Assembly: GCA_036570185.1 (NCBI GenBank)
Contig: DATCPH010000166.1
Coordinates: 620-64,619 of the forward strand
Source of the DNA: Candidatus Limnocylindrales bacterium
GTDB taxonomy: Bacteria; Chloroflexota; Limnocylindria; Limnocylindrales; CSP1-4
Length of the DNA stretch: 64,000 nucleotides
Reading direction: 5' to 3'
Within the stretch, counting starts at the first letter, position 1. The number at the start of each line of letters is the position of its first letter. Positions 36,335 to 47,960 of the stretch are shown here, piece by piece. Position numbers and translations under genes: made by a program. Under the pieces are notes generated by a model. That model had not been told where the DNA came from, did not search any database, and saw only the letters and a list, made by a program, of their open reading frames with translations.

Positions 36335-37859
36335 TCAGCGCGGCGCGACGAGGGACTGGGAGCCACCGGCCTCCCTGACGGCGCCGATCTCGCGTCCGCC
36401 GAGCGCCTCCAGCGGACCCCGCGCCTTGGCGACCGTCTCGTCCCACTCGGCCGCCGCATCGCTTCGCCACGTGATCCCGCCACCGACGTGGAGGGTCAGC
36501 CGCTTGCCATCGGCGACGAAGGTACGGATCAGGATGCTCGTCTGCATGGCACCGTCGGGGCCGATCCAGCCGGCCGCGCCCGTGTACGGCCCGCGACGGA
36601 CCGGTTCGAGGCGCTCGAGGATCTGCATCGCGCGGATCTTCGGGGCCCCGGTGATGGAGCCACCGGGCAGCGCCGCTTTCAGCAGATCGAACGCGTCGAG
36701 GCCCCGCGCGAGGCGGCCCGTGACCGTCGACACCAGGTGCTGGACCGCAGCGGTGCGCTCGAGCCGGCACAGGCGGGGGACGCGGACGCTCCCCGGCCGG
36801 CAGACGCGGCCGAGGTCGTTGCGGAGGACGTCGACGATCATCACGTTCTCGGCGCGGTCCTTCGCGCTCGAGAGTAGCTCGCGCGCCAGCGCTCGGTCCT
36901 CCTCACCGCTCTTGCCCCTTGGCCGTGTCCCCTTGATCGGGTCGGTCGATACCCGCCCGTCCCGACCAACGGCGAGAAATGGTTCGGGCGACGCCGACAG
37001 GATCGCTCTCGGGGCGCCCGACCACGGCTGCGGCCCGAGGTCGAGATAGGCTGAAAAGAGGGCCGGATCGCCCGTCCGGAGCCGCCGGTAGAGCGGCCAC
37101 GGATCCCCGTCGAATTCCGCCTCGAGACGGCGCGTCAGGTTCGCCTGATAGAGCTCCCCCGCCGCGATCGAGGCTCGACACGAAATCGAGCGGAGCCGCC
37201 ATGTGTCGCGCCGGTGGGGCTTGCTGGAACCGGGGACCGGCCGATCCGGATCGCGGGTCCGCGCCGTCGATGAGTTCGGTGAGGCGTTCGCGGACGTCGG
37301 CGAGGCGCCGGCGGAGCCGGTCGAGGTTACCCCGGAATGCGCGCCCGCCCAACCATGCCCGCCCCTCGTGGCGATCCCAGGCGATGACCCAGTCGTGCAG
37401 CGCGAGCCGGACGGGAGGCAGGTCCTGGTCGGCGGGGACGGTTTCGGGCAGGCGCTCCAGTCGCCGGCCGGCGTCATAGCCGATGAACCCGACGAGGCCG
37501 CCAATGAATGGCGGCCCCGGCGATGAGGGTGCGACGAACCCAGGCCCGCCAGAGGGAGCGCCCTCGACGGCTGAACCGTCGAGCTGCGCGAGAAGGCGGC
37601 GCGCGCCGGCGAACGGATCCGGCCCGTCCGCCAGTGAATCGAGGACCGCCAGCGGATCCGCCGTGAGGTAGCTCCAGCGGGCGTTCCGTCCCGGTCGGGC
37701 GCTCTCGAGCAGGGCCATCCCGGGAAGATCCCGGAACGCCTCGGCAACGTCGATCGGGCGCATGCGCGCGAGGCCTGGAAGGTCGTCGAGGGATCCGACC
37801 CAGACCGTGTCTGGCCCGGCCGCGGTCGGCGGCTGAGGAGTCGCAAGCGCGGGAGTCAT
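36335..37859 (-). pseudogene. Aminodeoxychorismate/anthranilate synthase component I (PabB/TrpE family) split across two frames near 37150-37185
   Basis: The N-terminal half (MTPALATP ... FVSSLDR) is in one frame. The C-terminal chorismate-binding half (IAAGELYQANL ... GAPK ... GGGI) is in another. The two halves overlap at the nucleotide level beside a C5/G5 run. Confidence 0.7.
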
Positions 37860-38015
37860 GATCCGGCCTTCGCGTGCAACCCTGTGCGAAGGTCGCTTCG
37901 TCGCCCGCAGCGCAGCTGGAAGTGAAAACGGAACGGCACGCCGAAAGCTTATCGAGAGGTCAGCGCGGAGGCCGGCCACGAGGCCGGCCTCACGTCGCCG
38001 CCGTCCCTGCTGCCG

Positions 38016-38876
38016 TCAGACCGCGACCGCGACCGCCTTCTCGATCGGCACGCCGACCATGCTGCCCCACTCGGTCCAGCTGCCGTCGTAATTGCGGACC
38101 CGCCGGTAGCCAAGGAGCTCGTGCAGGACGAACCACGAATGCGATGATCGCTCGCCGATTCGGCAGTAGGCGATGACGTCCTTGTCGGGCGTCACGCCCT
38201 TCGCTTCGTAGATCGTCGCCAGCTCCTCCCGACTCTTGAACGTGCCGTCCTCGCGGACGGTCTGAGCCCAGGGGATCGACGCGGCCCCGGGGATGTGGCC
38301 GGCCCGCTGGGCCGTCTCGCTCATGCCCGCCGGCGCGATGATCTCGCCGTTGTACTCGGCTGGGCTGCGAACGTCGACGAGGACCAGGGACGCATCGTCC
38401 AGCCGAGGGAGGATGTCATCCCGGAATGCCCGGAGGCTGAAATCGGGATCGCCCAACCCGTAGCCGGTTGGCTCGAACGACGGAGCGTCCGTTGAGAGCG
38501 GCAGGCCCTGGTCCAGCCAGTACTTGCGACCGCCGTTGAGGATCACCGCGTTCGTGTGGCCGTATAGCTGGAGTTGCCAGTACGCCCATGCCGCGAACCA
38601 GTTGTTGTTGTCGCCGTAGAGGACGACCGTGGTATCGGGGCCGATCCCGCTGCGGCTCAGGAGCTCGCTGAACTCCTCGCGGCCGGCGATGTCGCGCCGG
38701 ATCCCGTCGGCCAGCTGGCTTGTCCAGTTCCAGCCGACGGCGCCGGGGATGTGACTCTGCTCGTAGGCCGTGGTGTCGACGTCGACCTCGACGAATCGGA
38801 CAGCCGGGTCATCGAGGTGGGCCTGCGCCCAGTCGGCATCGACGAGGGCATCGGTTGCGTAGCCGGGAACGCTCAT
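38016..38876 (-). CDS. Thiosulfate/3-mercaptopyruvate sulfurtransferase (tandem rhodanese, SseA/CysA-like)
   Basis: Two rhodanese domains are present. The catalytic loop is CRIGERSS. The start at MSVPGYATD was chosen. Confidence 0.85.
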   Translation of the reverse strand: MSVPGYATDALVDADWAQAHLDDPAVRFVEVDVDTTAYEQSHIPGAVGWNWTSQLADGIRRDIAGREEFSELLSRSGIGPDTTVVLYGDNNNWFAAWAYWQLQLYGHTNAVILNGGRKYWLDQGLPLSTDAPSFEPTGYGLGDPDFSLRAFRDDILPRLDDASLVLVDVRSPAEYNGEIIAPAGMSETAQRAGHIPGAASIPWAQTVREDGTFKSREELATIYEAKGVTPDKDVIAYCRIGERSSHSWFVLHELLGYRRVRNYDGSWTEWGSMVGVPIEKAVAVAV

Positions 38877-39062
38877 CGTTCGTGCTCCTTTGGTGGATCT
38901 CGTCTCGTGGATCTCATCGGATTGATGTCGTGGGGTCGTCGTGTCGGGCAAGGTCGGGGCGGCGGGTCGGAATGCGGACGACGATCTCGCGCGGGCGCGC
39001 TCTGTGCTCAGCTGGATCGGGCCCGCTTCGGACACCCGCAGCGGCCCAGGTTGCTCGCTGAC

Positions 39063-39536
39063 TCACCCAACTCCGGAGCTCCGATCTCGCCGGCTGAACT
39101 CGTTGAGGCGGTCATTGCAGGCTGCGGACAGCCGCAGAGCCTGGCCGACGATCCACGGATCGACGCGACTCGAGTCCTCGATCGCGATCGTCAGTCCGTA
39201 GTCCCCGTCCTCGAGGACGATGCCCCCCGCATTCCGGTAGTCGGCCATCCAGTTCGACTGGAGCCGGACGATCGCGTCGGCCACGACCGTCTCGGCGAAG
39301 AGCCAATCCACGTAGGTTGCGTTGAGGCGATCCACGAGGTCGGCGACCCGGATCGGGTGTCCTCGCTCGATTCGGGCCAGGAGATGGACGATCCTGAGCT
39401 CGGAGAAGGGGTCGGCCGACTCGGCAAGGACCGGCGGCTGAACGTCCGGATCCGGCAACCCGGAGGGCGCATTGCGCAGCGACCCAAGGCCGGGCCGCGC
39501 GCCGGTCGTGACGGGTGAGGTCGTCGTTGAGTTCAC
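39063..39536 (-). CDS. Hypothetical protein, possibly winged-helix-like
   Basis: This is the C-terminal 157 codons of a long Arg-rich track ORF. Only this part has protein-like composition. It is divergent from the SirB1-like gene. Support is weak. Confidence 0.3.
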   Translation of the reverse strand: MNSTTTSPVTTGARPGLGSLRNAPSGLPDPDVQPPVLAESADPFSELRIVHLLARIERGHPIRVADLVDRLNATYVDWLFAETVVADAIVRLQSNWMADYRNAGGIVLEDGDYGLTIAIEDSSRVDPWIVGQALRLSAACNDRLNEFSRRDRSSGVG

Positions 39537-39658
39537 GGCCCAGTCGATCTCCGAGGAAATCAGTAGGGATTGAACCGCGAAGCCTATCACCCGTGGCTTC
39601 GGGGTGTCGTGATCCGGCCTGCGATTCGAGACGGCTGCCTGCGCTACGATCGCCTTCG

Positions 39659-40498
39659 ATGACGTTCGACGAGGGTGCCCGGGCGGCGAATCGAGCCCGC
39701 TTCGCGCGGCTGATCGTCGCCGGGCGCGACGACGACGTCGACCTCGCCCGCGCAGCGCTCGCGATCGCGGCAGACGGGCGTCCCGACCTCGACCCGACGT
39801 CGACCCTGTCCACGCTCGACGATCTCGCCGAACGCGTCCGGCTCCGTCTGGATCTCGGCGACGAGCCAACCGTGGTGATCGACCGTCTACATCAGGTCCT
39901 TTACCGCGAGTTCGGGTACCGGTCGGCGACGCTGGCCGCTGCGTCCGATCCGCGCAACAGCCAGCTCGATCGCGTCGTCGCGCGGCGCGTCGGGCTGCCA
40001 ATCTCGCTCGCCGTTGTCGAACTCGAGGTGGGGTGGCGCATCGGCCTGCGCCTCTTCGGGATCGGCCTCCCCGGTCATTTCATCGTCGGCGGGCCCGACG
40101 GCGTCCTGATCGATCCCGCCGGGGCGGGCCGGAGGCTGACCAGGGACGATTGCCAGGCGCTCATCCGCGAGGCCCTCGGCGAGCAGGTGCTCTTTCACGC
40201 CGGGATGCTGCGGCCGACGGGCCGGCGAGCCATCCTGGCTCGTATCCTGCGCAACCTGCGCGGCGCCCATCTCGCAGCCCGGCGCTGGGCTGACGCACTC
40301 GGCGCGGTGGAACTGCTCGAGATCGTCGAACCCGCCGAGCCGGATCACGGTCGCGATCGGGGCCTGCTCCTCGGGCGAATGGGCCGGTTCACCGAGGCGA
40401 TCTCCCTGCTCGATCGATACCTCGGCGAGCGTCCGGGTGGGCACGACGCCGCAGACGTCAGGCAGGTCATCGGGATCTTCGCCGGCCGCCGCAACTGA
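39659..40498 (+). CDS. Transglutaminase-like/TPR protein of the SirB1/YchA (UPF0162) family
   Basis: Conserved GLPGHF and surrounding blocks are present. The start at MTFDEGARA was chosen. Confidence 0.6.
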   Translation: MTFDEGARAANRARFARLIVAGRDDDVDLARAALAIAADGRPDLDPTSTLSTLDDLAERVRLRLDLGDEPTVVIDRLHQVLYREFGYRSATLAAASDPRNSQLDRVVARRVGLPISLAVVELEVGWRIGLRLFGIGLPGHFIVGGPDGVLIDPAGAGRRLTRDDCQALIREALGEQVLFHAGMLRPTGRRAILARILRNLRGAHLAARRWADALGAVELLEIVEPAEPDHGRDRGLLLGRMGRFTEAISLLDRYLGERPGGHDAADVRQVIGIFAGRRN

Positions 40499-40734
40499 GC
40501 GCGAGCGCCCCGCCCGTAAGGTAGGCCGCTCCCGAACGTCGCCAACTTTGAGGTAGCGGGGCCCCAAAACGGCCCTCGGTGCCCGATGGCGGCGCCTTCT
40601 CCGCTCCCTACCTTCGACCTTGTCGCCGAAATCGACGACATCAACGAAGACCCGCACCTGCGGGAGGAAGTGGAGGCCAGGAAATGGCAGTCTCGATCGA
40701 AATGCGGAAGCCGGCTGTCGCGGACAATCGGAAC

Positions 40735-41193
40735 ATGCGCCGGCGCATCGGTGCCGGTCTCCTCGTTGCCGCGGCGTCGGTCACGCTCGCGGGTGTCGCC
40801 CTCCAGGTGAGCGGCGGCAGCAAGACCGTGACCCAGCAGGGACCGACCGCCGCGCAGCGGATGGCCTTCGTCCTCGAAGAGCACGGCTACAACCTGACCC
40901 AGGCGCCGACTGCCGAGCAGCGGATCGCTTTCGTCCTTGAAGAGCACGGCTACAGCGCGGATCAGCAGCTCGCTTTCCTCCAGGACGCGCACCAGATCAG
41001 CGCGGATCGGGCCGCCATCGCCGAGCAGCGGGCCGACAAGCCCTCGATCGCCGAGCCCCGCACCGAATTCCTCCAGGACCAGCAGGCCCTTACCCCAACG
41101 ACCGAACAGCGCATCGCCTTCGTGCTCGAGGAGCACGGCTACAACCTCGCGGAGCTCTCGTCTCCGTGGAACAAGGGCTACAAGCCCAACTGA
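40735..41193 (+). CDS. Small secreted/exported protein containing three copies of an about 20-aa repeat (EQRIAFVLEEHGYN)
   Basis: The N-terminal signal-like segment is MRRRIGAGLLVAAASVTLAG. Three tandem imperfect repeats are present. Alternative starts are at 40684 and 40702. Confidence 0.5.
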   Translation: MRRRIGAGLLVAAASVTLAGVALQVSGGSKTVTQQGPTAAQRMAFVLEEHGYNLTQAPTAEQRIAFVLEEHGYSADQQLAFLQDAHQISADRAAIAEQRADKPSIAEPRTEFLQDQQALTPTTEQRIAFVLEEHGYNLAELSSPWNKGYKPN

Positions 41194-41232
41194 TCGACCA
41201 CCCATCACATCGCCGACCTGAAGGAGACCACG

Positions 41233-41436
41233 ATGCACCCCGACACGATTTACGAGCTCGCCAGGCTCAAGATCGCTGATGACCATCGCATCGCCGAGCG
41301 GGAGCGTCTCGTCCGACAGGCCGGCGAAGCCAAGCGGACAACGATCGACGCGGTTCCGTTCCGAGAGCGAGTCAGCCGGCTCTTCGGCGGCTGGCCCCGC
41401 ACCGACGCAGCTTCCAACCGTCCCGCTGGGGCGTAG
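41233..41436 (+). CDS. Small hypothetical protein (67 aa)
   Basis: A perfect AAGGAG lies 6 nt upstream of the ATG. A strong intrinsic terminator follows the gene. Confidence 0.45.
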   Translation: MHPDTIYELARLKIADDHRIAERERLVRQAGEAKRTTIDAVPFRERVSRLFGGWPRTDAASNRPAGA

Positions 41437-41466
41437 CCGGTACCCGATCCGGCTACACGGGACACA

Positions 41467-41506
41467 ACACCCGGGAGTCGCCCTCCTCGACTCCCGGGTG
41501 TTTTCG
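41467..41506 (+). terminator. Rho-independent terminator: a 14-bp GC-rich stem (AACACCCGGGAGTCG / CGACTCCCGGGTGTT) followed by a T-tract
   Basis: The inverted repeat is perfect with a 7-nt loop and a TTTTCG tail. It lies 30 nt after the stop of the 41233 ORF. Confidence 0.6.
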
Positions 41507-41616
41507 CGTGCCGGTCAACATTGAGCCGGCCACGTTGAGCACAGGGAGTAGCATCGGACCACGCCGCGTCCGACAAACATCCTGCCGGCCCACGCGACGT
41601 CTACAGGGAGGTCCCC

Positions 41617-41982
41617 ATGCACCAGCAGATACGGGTGAATCCCGCGAAGTCCCCAGCCGATCTCGCGGGCGTGTTGAGGGCGCTGACCCCATTCAACATT
41701 CTTGCGGCCGGCGGCAGCGACGTCGAGCACGGCGGCGAATTCGCCTTCGCGGTCGACCACTCGCAGATGGACGCGGCCAGCCAGGCTCTCAAGAACGCGG
41801 GCTACAACCCTCGTACCGTCGACGTCTACCATGAGTTCGTGCCGAACCAGCCTGGGGCGTTGGCCGGCGTGGTCGCGCGCTGGGCCGCAGCCAACCGTCA
41901 GTCAGGAAAGATGATCAAGGACATCGCCGTAGGGGCGGCTGGGGCAGACGGGAAGGTCCCCGTCCAGATCTACGCGGAGTAG
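41617..41982 (+). CDS. Hypothetical protein (121 aa), possibly an ACT-like fold
   Basis: AGGGAGG lies 7 nt upstream of the ATG. The composition is non-biased. Confidence 0.5.
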   Translation: MHQQIRVNPAKSPADLAGVLRALTPFNILAAGGSDVEHGGEFAFAVDHSQMDAASQALKNAGYNPRTVDVYHEFVPNQPGALAGVVARWAAANRQSGKMIKDIAVGAAGADGKVPVQIYAE

Positions 41983-42013
41983 CTCCGTAGGTTCGATGCG
42001 CCGGCCTGGCCCT

Positions 42014-45000
42014 TCAGGGGGCCAGGCCGGCTCTCTCCGCGACCATCGCCGCCTCGACCCGATTCGAGACGCCGAGCTTGTCGAGGATGTGCGTGACATG
42101 AACCGCGGCCGTCTTGCGGCTGATGAAGAGCCGCTCGGCGATATCGCCGTTCGACATTCCCGCCGCCACCAGCTTCAGGACTTCCACCTCACGGAGGGAT
42201 AACCCCAGGACCTGGCCGGCCTCCGGGGTCAATGTCCCCGAAGCGGGCTGGAGAGGGGCGACGTCCGATCGGCTCGCCGCCGGTGCCAGGCCGAGATCGA
42301 TCCGGGCTCGGGCGGCCAGCCTCTCGATCGATTCCGCGAGTGGGCGGGCCGAAAGCCGCATCGCCACCTCGTGGGCCGTCCGAAGCTTCGCCCCGACGTC
42401 GGCGCGTACCCCCGTCCGTCGCAACTCCGCTTCGGCGAGGCGGAACCGGGCGATGGCCGCCCGGTACGGGTCGGGCACCGCGTCCCAGGCTTCCGCGGCA
42501 GCCAACCAGGTCGCCGGATCGGACTCGCCGTCCAGGCGGCCATGTTCGGCGGCCGCGGCCACGATCCAGGCCCGGGCCGTGGCCGTGACGGCCCTGGCGG
42601 CCAAGGGTTCTCGCATCGCCTCCAGCCGTGCCCCGGTGGCGAGGGCGGCTGCCAGCAGCTCACCGCGATGCGTCGCCCGGGCGAATTCGGCCTCGTCTGC
42701 CGCTGACCGCATGCCGACCCCGATCAACGGCGCCATCCAGAAGAGGTCGTCCAGGCCCGTCATCGCCTCGATGCCTCCCTCGATGGCCGCAGCGGCCTGG
42801 TCAGGATGGCCCGCGGCTAGTGCCGTCTCGGCCTTCGAGATCGCGAGATCGGCGATCTGGTCCGCGTCGGCACCCCCGGTTTCCAGGTCCGCGAGCCGGG
42901 CTCGGGCGCGATCGACGTCGCCGCGCCATGCCTCGAGACGGCCTCGGATGGTCCGAAGGTACATGGTCCCCGCGCGCGCCGGGACGAGTCCCAGGGCCGT
43001 GCCGGTCACCTCGTCTGCCTCGTCCCAGCGTCCCTGGCGCAACAGGATGTCACCGGCGAGGGCAGAGAGGTCGAGGCCGTAGCGGCGCTCGAGACCGGTC
43101 CGCCGGGCCTCCGCGAGACCCGCCTCCGCCTCTGCGAGTGCCTCCTCGAATCGGTCGGCAAGCAGCAACGCCAGGGCGAGATTGTGATGAGCGATCATCA
43201 GGATGTCGGGCGGCCGAGCGTCCCTCTCGATTCCCTCGGCAATTGCCCTGGCGCGCCGCAGCTCGTCGAGGCCGGCCTCGATCTCGCCCATTGCAACGAG
43301 GTCCGAGCCGAGCAGGTTCCGAGCCCGACTCTCCTCGACCCGGGCTCCAGCCGCCACGGCACATTCGACGGCGGCCAGCGAGACATCACGCGATTCGGCC
43401 CAGTGGGCCGCTCCCATCAGGGCGCCCCCGAGGCCGGCCAGGACCCTCGCGCGAGCCGCGGTCGGTGGCTGGTCGGGAACGAGTTGAACGGCCTGCCGAT
43501 GGTGGTCCAGGGCAGCCTCCCCGCGTTCTGAGGCCCACAGGAGGTAGCCGAGGCGACCGTGCAGGAATCCGGCCGTCGCCGGGCTGGCAGCCGGGTCGAC
43601 CATCGCGAGGGCCTCCCGCGTGAGGGCCATCGCCCGATCGAACTCCCGCGCCAGATCGGCCTCGTCGGCCGCGCGACGCCGAAGGGACAGCGCTTCGCTC
43701 GTCGAGAGCCGCTCGCCGGTCGGCAGGGAGGCCTCGAGCTCCAGCGCCTTCTCGAAATGCCGGTGGGCATCGCCGTGGGCGTGGACGGTCGCCGCCGCAG
43801 CGGCGGCGTCAAGCGACGCTCCGAACGCCTCGGTTGATCGACCGGCGGCAAGCCAATGATGGGCAAGCTCGGCGGCGGCACCCGCAGCGGTCGGATCGGC
43901 AAGGTCGGGGCGGGCCCCCAGGGCCCCAGCGAATCGTTCGTGGAGTGCCCGCCGTTCGCCCGGCAGCAGCTCCGTTTCGACGGCCTCCCTGAGGAGCTCG
44001 TGGCGGAAGCGGTACCGGCCACTTGCCTTTTCGATGGCAATCACGCCGTGTGACATCGCCTCGCGCAGGCGCTCGTCCACGACGACCTCGTCGATCTCGA
44101 GGACGTCAGCCATCAGGCGCTCATCGACGGGTCGGCCGGCAACAGCGACGGCTGCGATCACCCGGCGGGCATCCGCAGAAAGAGCCGCGATCCTGGTCAA
44201 CAGCATCCCGTCGAGGGTCGCGGGCCGATCGTCGGAGCCGCCTGTCGACGACGCCGAAAACAGCTCCTCGACGAACATCGGGTTGCCTTCCGAGCGATGC
44301 CAGATGCGGTCCACGAGCTCGTCCTGCGGAGCCTGCCCCGCGATCGATTCCAGCTGACGTCGGACGTCGTCCCGACCGAGGCGCACCAGGTCGATCCTGC
44401 CACTGCCCGGCACCCTGCCGACCTCGGCAAGCCAGGTAAGGATCGGATCATCGGGAGCCAGCGCATCGAGCCGCATCGTCAGGACACCGACGACCCGTTC
44501 GACGGTCAGGTTTCGAGCAAGGAAGCGGAGCATGTCGCGTGTCGCGTTGTCGATCCAGTGGATGTCTTCAATCACGACGAGGGTCGGAGCGGCCTCGCCC
44601 AGCCGGCTGACGAGTTGGAGCATCCGCTCGAACAGCATCTGCTGGCTGAGGTCGGACGGGCGGATCGTGGTGGGGGCCTCCAGCGGCGAGCTCTCGGCCG
44701 GGCTCGCCGACGTGGCCTCCGCGAGTTCCGGAAGGATCGCGGCGAGGTCCGCGCGACCCGGCCCAAGCAGCGCATCGAGCTCGACGGCTGAGGTCCGCCG
44801 CACGAGCGACCGAAGCGCCTCGGCGAGCGGCAGGTAGGGCAGGCCGCCGTCGCCGATATCCAGACAGCCTCCGGTCAGCACCCGCCAGCCGTCGGTCCGG
44901 GCTCGGTCGGCTGCGGCCTCGATCAGGCGCGTCTTGCCGATCCCCGCTTCTCCCCCGACGATCAGGAGCCGCGGACGCCCCGCAGCGGCATCGGCTCGGG

Positions 45001-45067
45001 CTTCATCGACCTGGGCGAGATCGCGTTCTCGCCCGATCAGCTCGGTGCTGGTCTCGCGGCCTGCCAT
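42014..45067 (-). CDS. LuxR-family large ATP-binding regulator (LAL: AAA/STAND + TPR-like + LuxR HTH)
   Basis: A P-loop (GGEAGIGKTRLI) is present. The C-terminal HTH is VLKLVAAGMSNGDIAERLFISRKTAAVHVTHILDKLG. Confidence 0.85.
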   Translation of the reverse strand: MAGRETSTELIGRERDLAQVDEARADAAAGRPRLLIVGGEAGIGKTRLIEAAADRARTDGWRVLTGGCLDIGDGGLPYLPLAEALRSLVRRTSAVELDALLGPGRADLAAILPELAEATSASPAESSPLEAPTTIRPSDLSQQMLFERMLQLVSRLGEAAPTLVVIEDIHWIDNATRDMLRFLARNLTVERVVGVLTMRLDALAPDDPILTWLAEVGRVPGSGRIDLVRLGRDDVRRQLESIAGQAPQDELVDRIWHRSEGNPMFVEELFSASSTGGSDDRPATLDGMLLTRIAALSADARRVIAAVAVAGRPVDERLMADVLEIDEVVVDERLREAMSHGVIAIEKASGRYRFRHELLREAVETELLPGERRALHERFAGALGARPDLADPTAAGAAAELAHHWLAAGRSTEAFGASLDAAAAAATVHAHGDAHRHFEKALELEASLPTGERLSTSEALSLRRRAADEADLAREFDRAMALTREALAMVDPAASPATAGFLHGRLGYLLWASERGEAALDHHRQAVQLVPDQPPTAARARVLAGLGGALMGAAHWAESRDVSLAAVECAVAAGARVEESRARNLLGSDLVAMGEIEAGLDELRRARAIAEGIERDARPPDILMIAHHNLALALLLADRFEEALAEAEAGLAEARRTGLERRYGLDLSALAGDILLRQGRWDEADEVTGTALGLVPARAGTMYLRTIRGRLEAWRGDVDRARARLADLETGGADADQIADLAISKAETALAAGHPDQAAAAIEGGIEAMTGLDDLFWMAPLIGVGMRSAADEAEFARATHRGELLAAALATGARLEAMREPLAARAVTATARAWIVAAAAEHGRLDGESDPATWLAAAEAWDAVPDPYRAAIARFRLAEAELRRTGVRADVGAKLRTAHEVAMRLSARPLAESIERLAARARIDLGLAPAASRSDVAPLQPASGTLTPEAGQVLGLSLREVEVLKLVAAGMSNGDIAERLFISRKTAAVHVTHILDKLGVSNRVEAAMVAERAGLAP

Positions 45068-45379
45068 GGGCCGATCATCGCACGCGCCGTCGAGAGTTCC
45101 GAAGCCTCTGCACGTCGACCCCGCGGGTCACCGAGCGCTGCGGGCGGGCCCGGATGCGGCTTGAGCGTGACGGGCTGGCGGTGAGCTCAGCCGCATTTTC
45201 CACCATGAGCGAACAATCTCGTCCTCAAGGGCGCCCCGCGGCCGACAATCCCAGCCTGAGATGCCCGGTGCGGGCATCGGCCTGAGCACAAACCTCATCG
45301 TCCTGGCGGAATGCGACCTCGACCAGCGTCATCCGGCCAGCTGCTTCGCGGAATGAGGCCGCACTGTTCGTTGATCGTG

Positions 45380-45425
45380 AAAAATCGGGAGTCGACGTCC
45401 CGGGATCCCGACTCGCCGAGACGTG
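45380..45425 (-). terminator. Candidate intrinsic terminator downstream of kamA
   Basis: On the minus strand there is a GAGTCG...CGACTC hairpin with an internal TCCCGGGA palindrome, followed by a TTTTT run. It lies about 40 nt after the kamA stop. Confidence 0.4.
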
Positions 45426-45459
45426 CCGAAGCTGCCGTTTGCTTAGGGCGAGGTCGGGT

Positions 45460-47031
<1,572 letters not shown>

Positions 47032-47544
47032 CGGGATGCCTTCGACGGACTGGATCTCGTGGGCCTCCAACGGTCTGGGCCTCCTTCGATTCGCGCTGCG
47101 CGCCAGCCCGCGGCGCATAAAGTCTATGCAACGTGGATGGTCAGGTCATCATAACGCCCATGCCACCGGGGTCCAGCCTGTTGCGGTCGCATCGCGTTGC
47201 CTGAGCTCGATGCGGCGGAAGCCGCCCTCGTCGACCGCGCGCGCCGAGGTGGCTTGGCGGCACGGGAGTCGGGTCACTCGGATGGTCGCCGGACGGCCGG
47301 TTCATCTCGCTCCTCGACACCTCGAATACGCCCGGAGCGATCGACATCGCGAACCGCGATGGATCGGGTCTGCACACGGTCTGGACCGCGTCGGACTCGG
47401 CATCGAAGGTCACCTGGCTGCCATCACCGTTTAGATGAACGTCATCGGCGCGCAGGTGTCGGGGCGCGATACCCCGTCGATACCGCCTTTGCCGCTCCCA
47501 CGTGTTGAGGCTCGCCCTTCGAAGCCCGGTCGAGGGGCCCGGTG

Positions 47545-47958
47545 CTATTCCCCGATCACGGACCAGAGGAAGCCCATCATGATGAAGAAGCCCGAGAACA
47601 GGGCGATCAGACCCATGCCGCCGTACGGGGAATCGGCGCCCTGGTGTGGTACGAGCTGAAGGCCGACGCCGAAGACGACCGCCCAAGCGACGAACAGCAG
47701 CCCAAAGAACCACTTGCCGTTGGGGCCCGTGATCCGGCGGGTCCACGACGCGCGACTCTCGGCGGTCATCGCCGCCTTGAGCGGGATCACGACCAGGATC
47801 GCGGCGAGCAGGATCGCCGTACCGAATTCGACCGGGCGCTGAAAAAGGACGGTAAAGAGCTGCACGTCGGCCCTCGCGTCGATGGCGCACTTGGGAGCTG
47901 GCGAACGTCGGGCAGATGCTAGCAGAGCGCCGGACGCGCAGGCCGCTAGGATGGCCAT
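47545..47958 (-). CDS. Small hypothetical membrane protein (2-3 TM helices). The minimal version is 47545..47769.
   Basis: The strongly hydrophobic segments are unlike the antisense Arg-rich frames elsewhere. It is divergent from mmpL. The start is uncertain. Confidence 0.35.
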   Translation of the reverse strand: MAILAACASGALLASARRSPAPKCAIDARADVQLFTVLFQRPVEFGTAILLAAILVVIPLKAAMTAESRASWTRRITGPNGKWFFGLLFVAWAVVFGVGLQLVPHQGADSPYGGMGLIALFSGFFIMMGFLWSVIGE

Positions 47959-47960
47959 CG

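Noticed and set aside
38574-39518. 314-aa plus-strand ORF
   Set aside because: Antisense to the rhodanese gene.
41519-41560. Duplicated TTGAGC hexamers with TAGCAT upstream of the 41617 ORF as a promoter
   Set aside because: The spacings are 8 and 22 nt, neither compatible with a sigma-A promoter.
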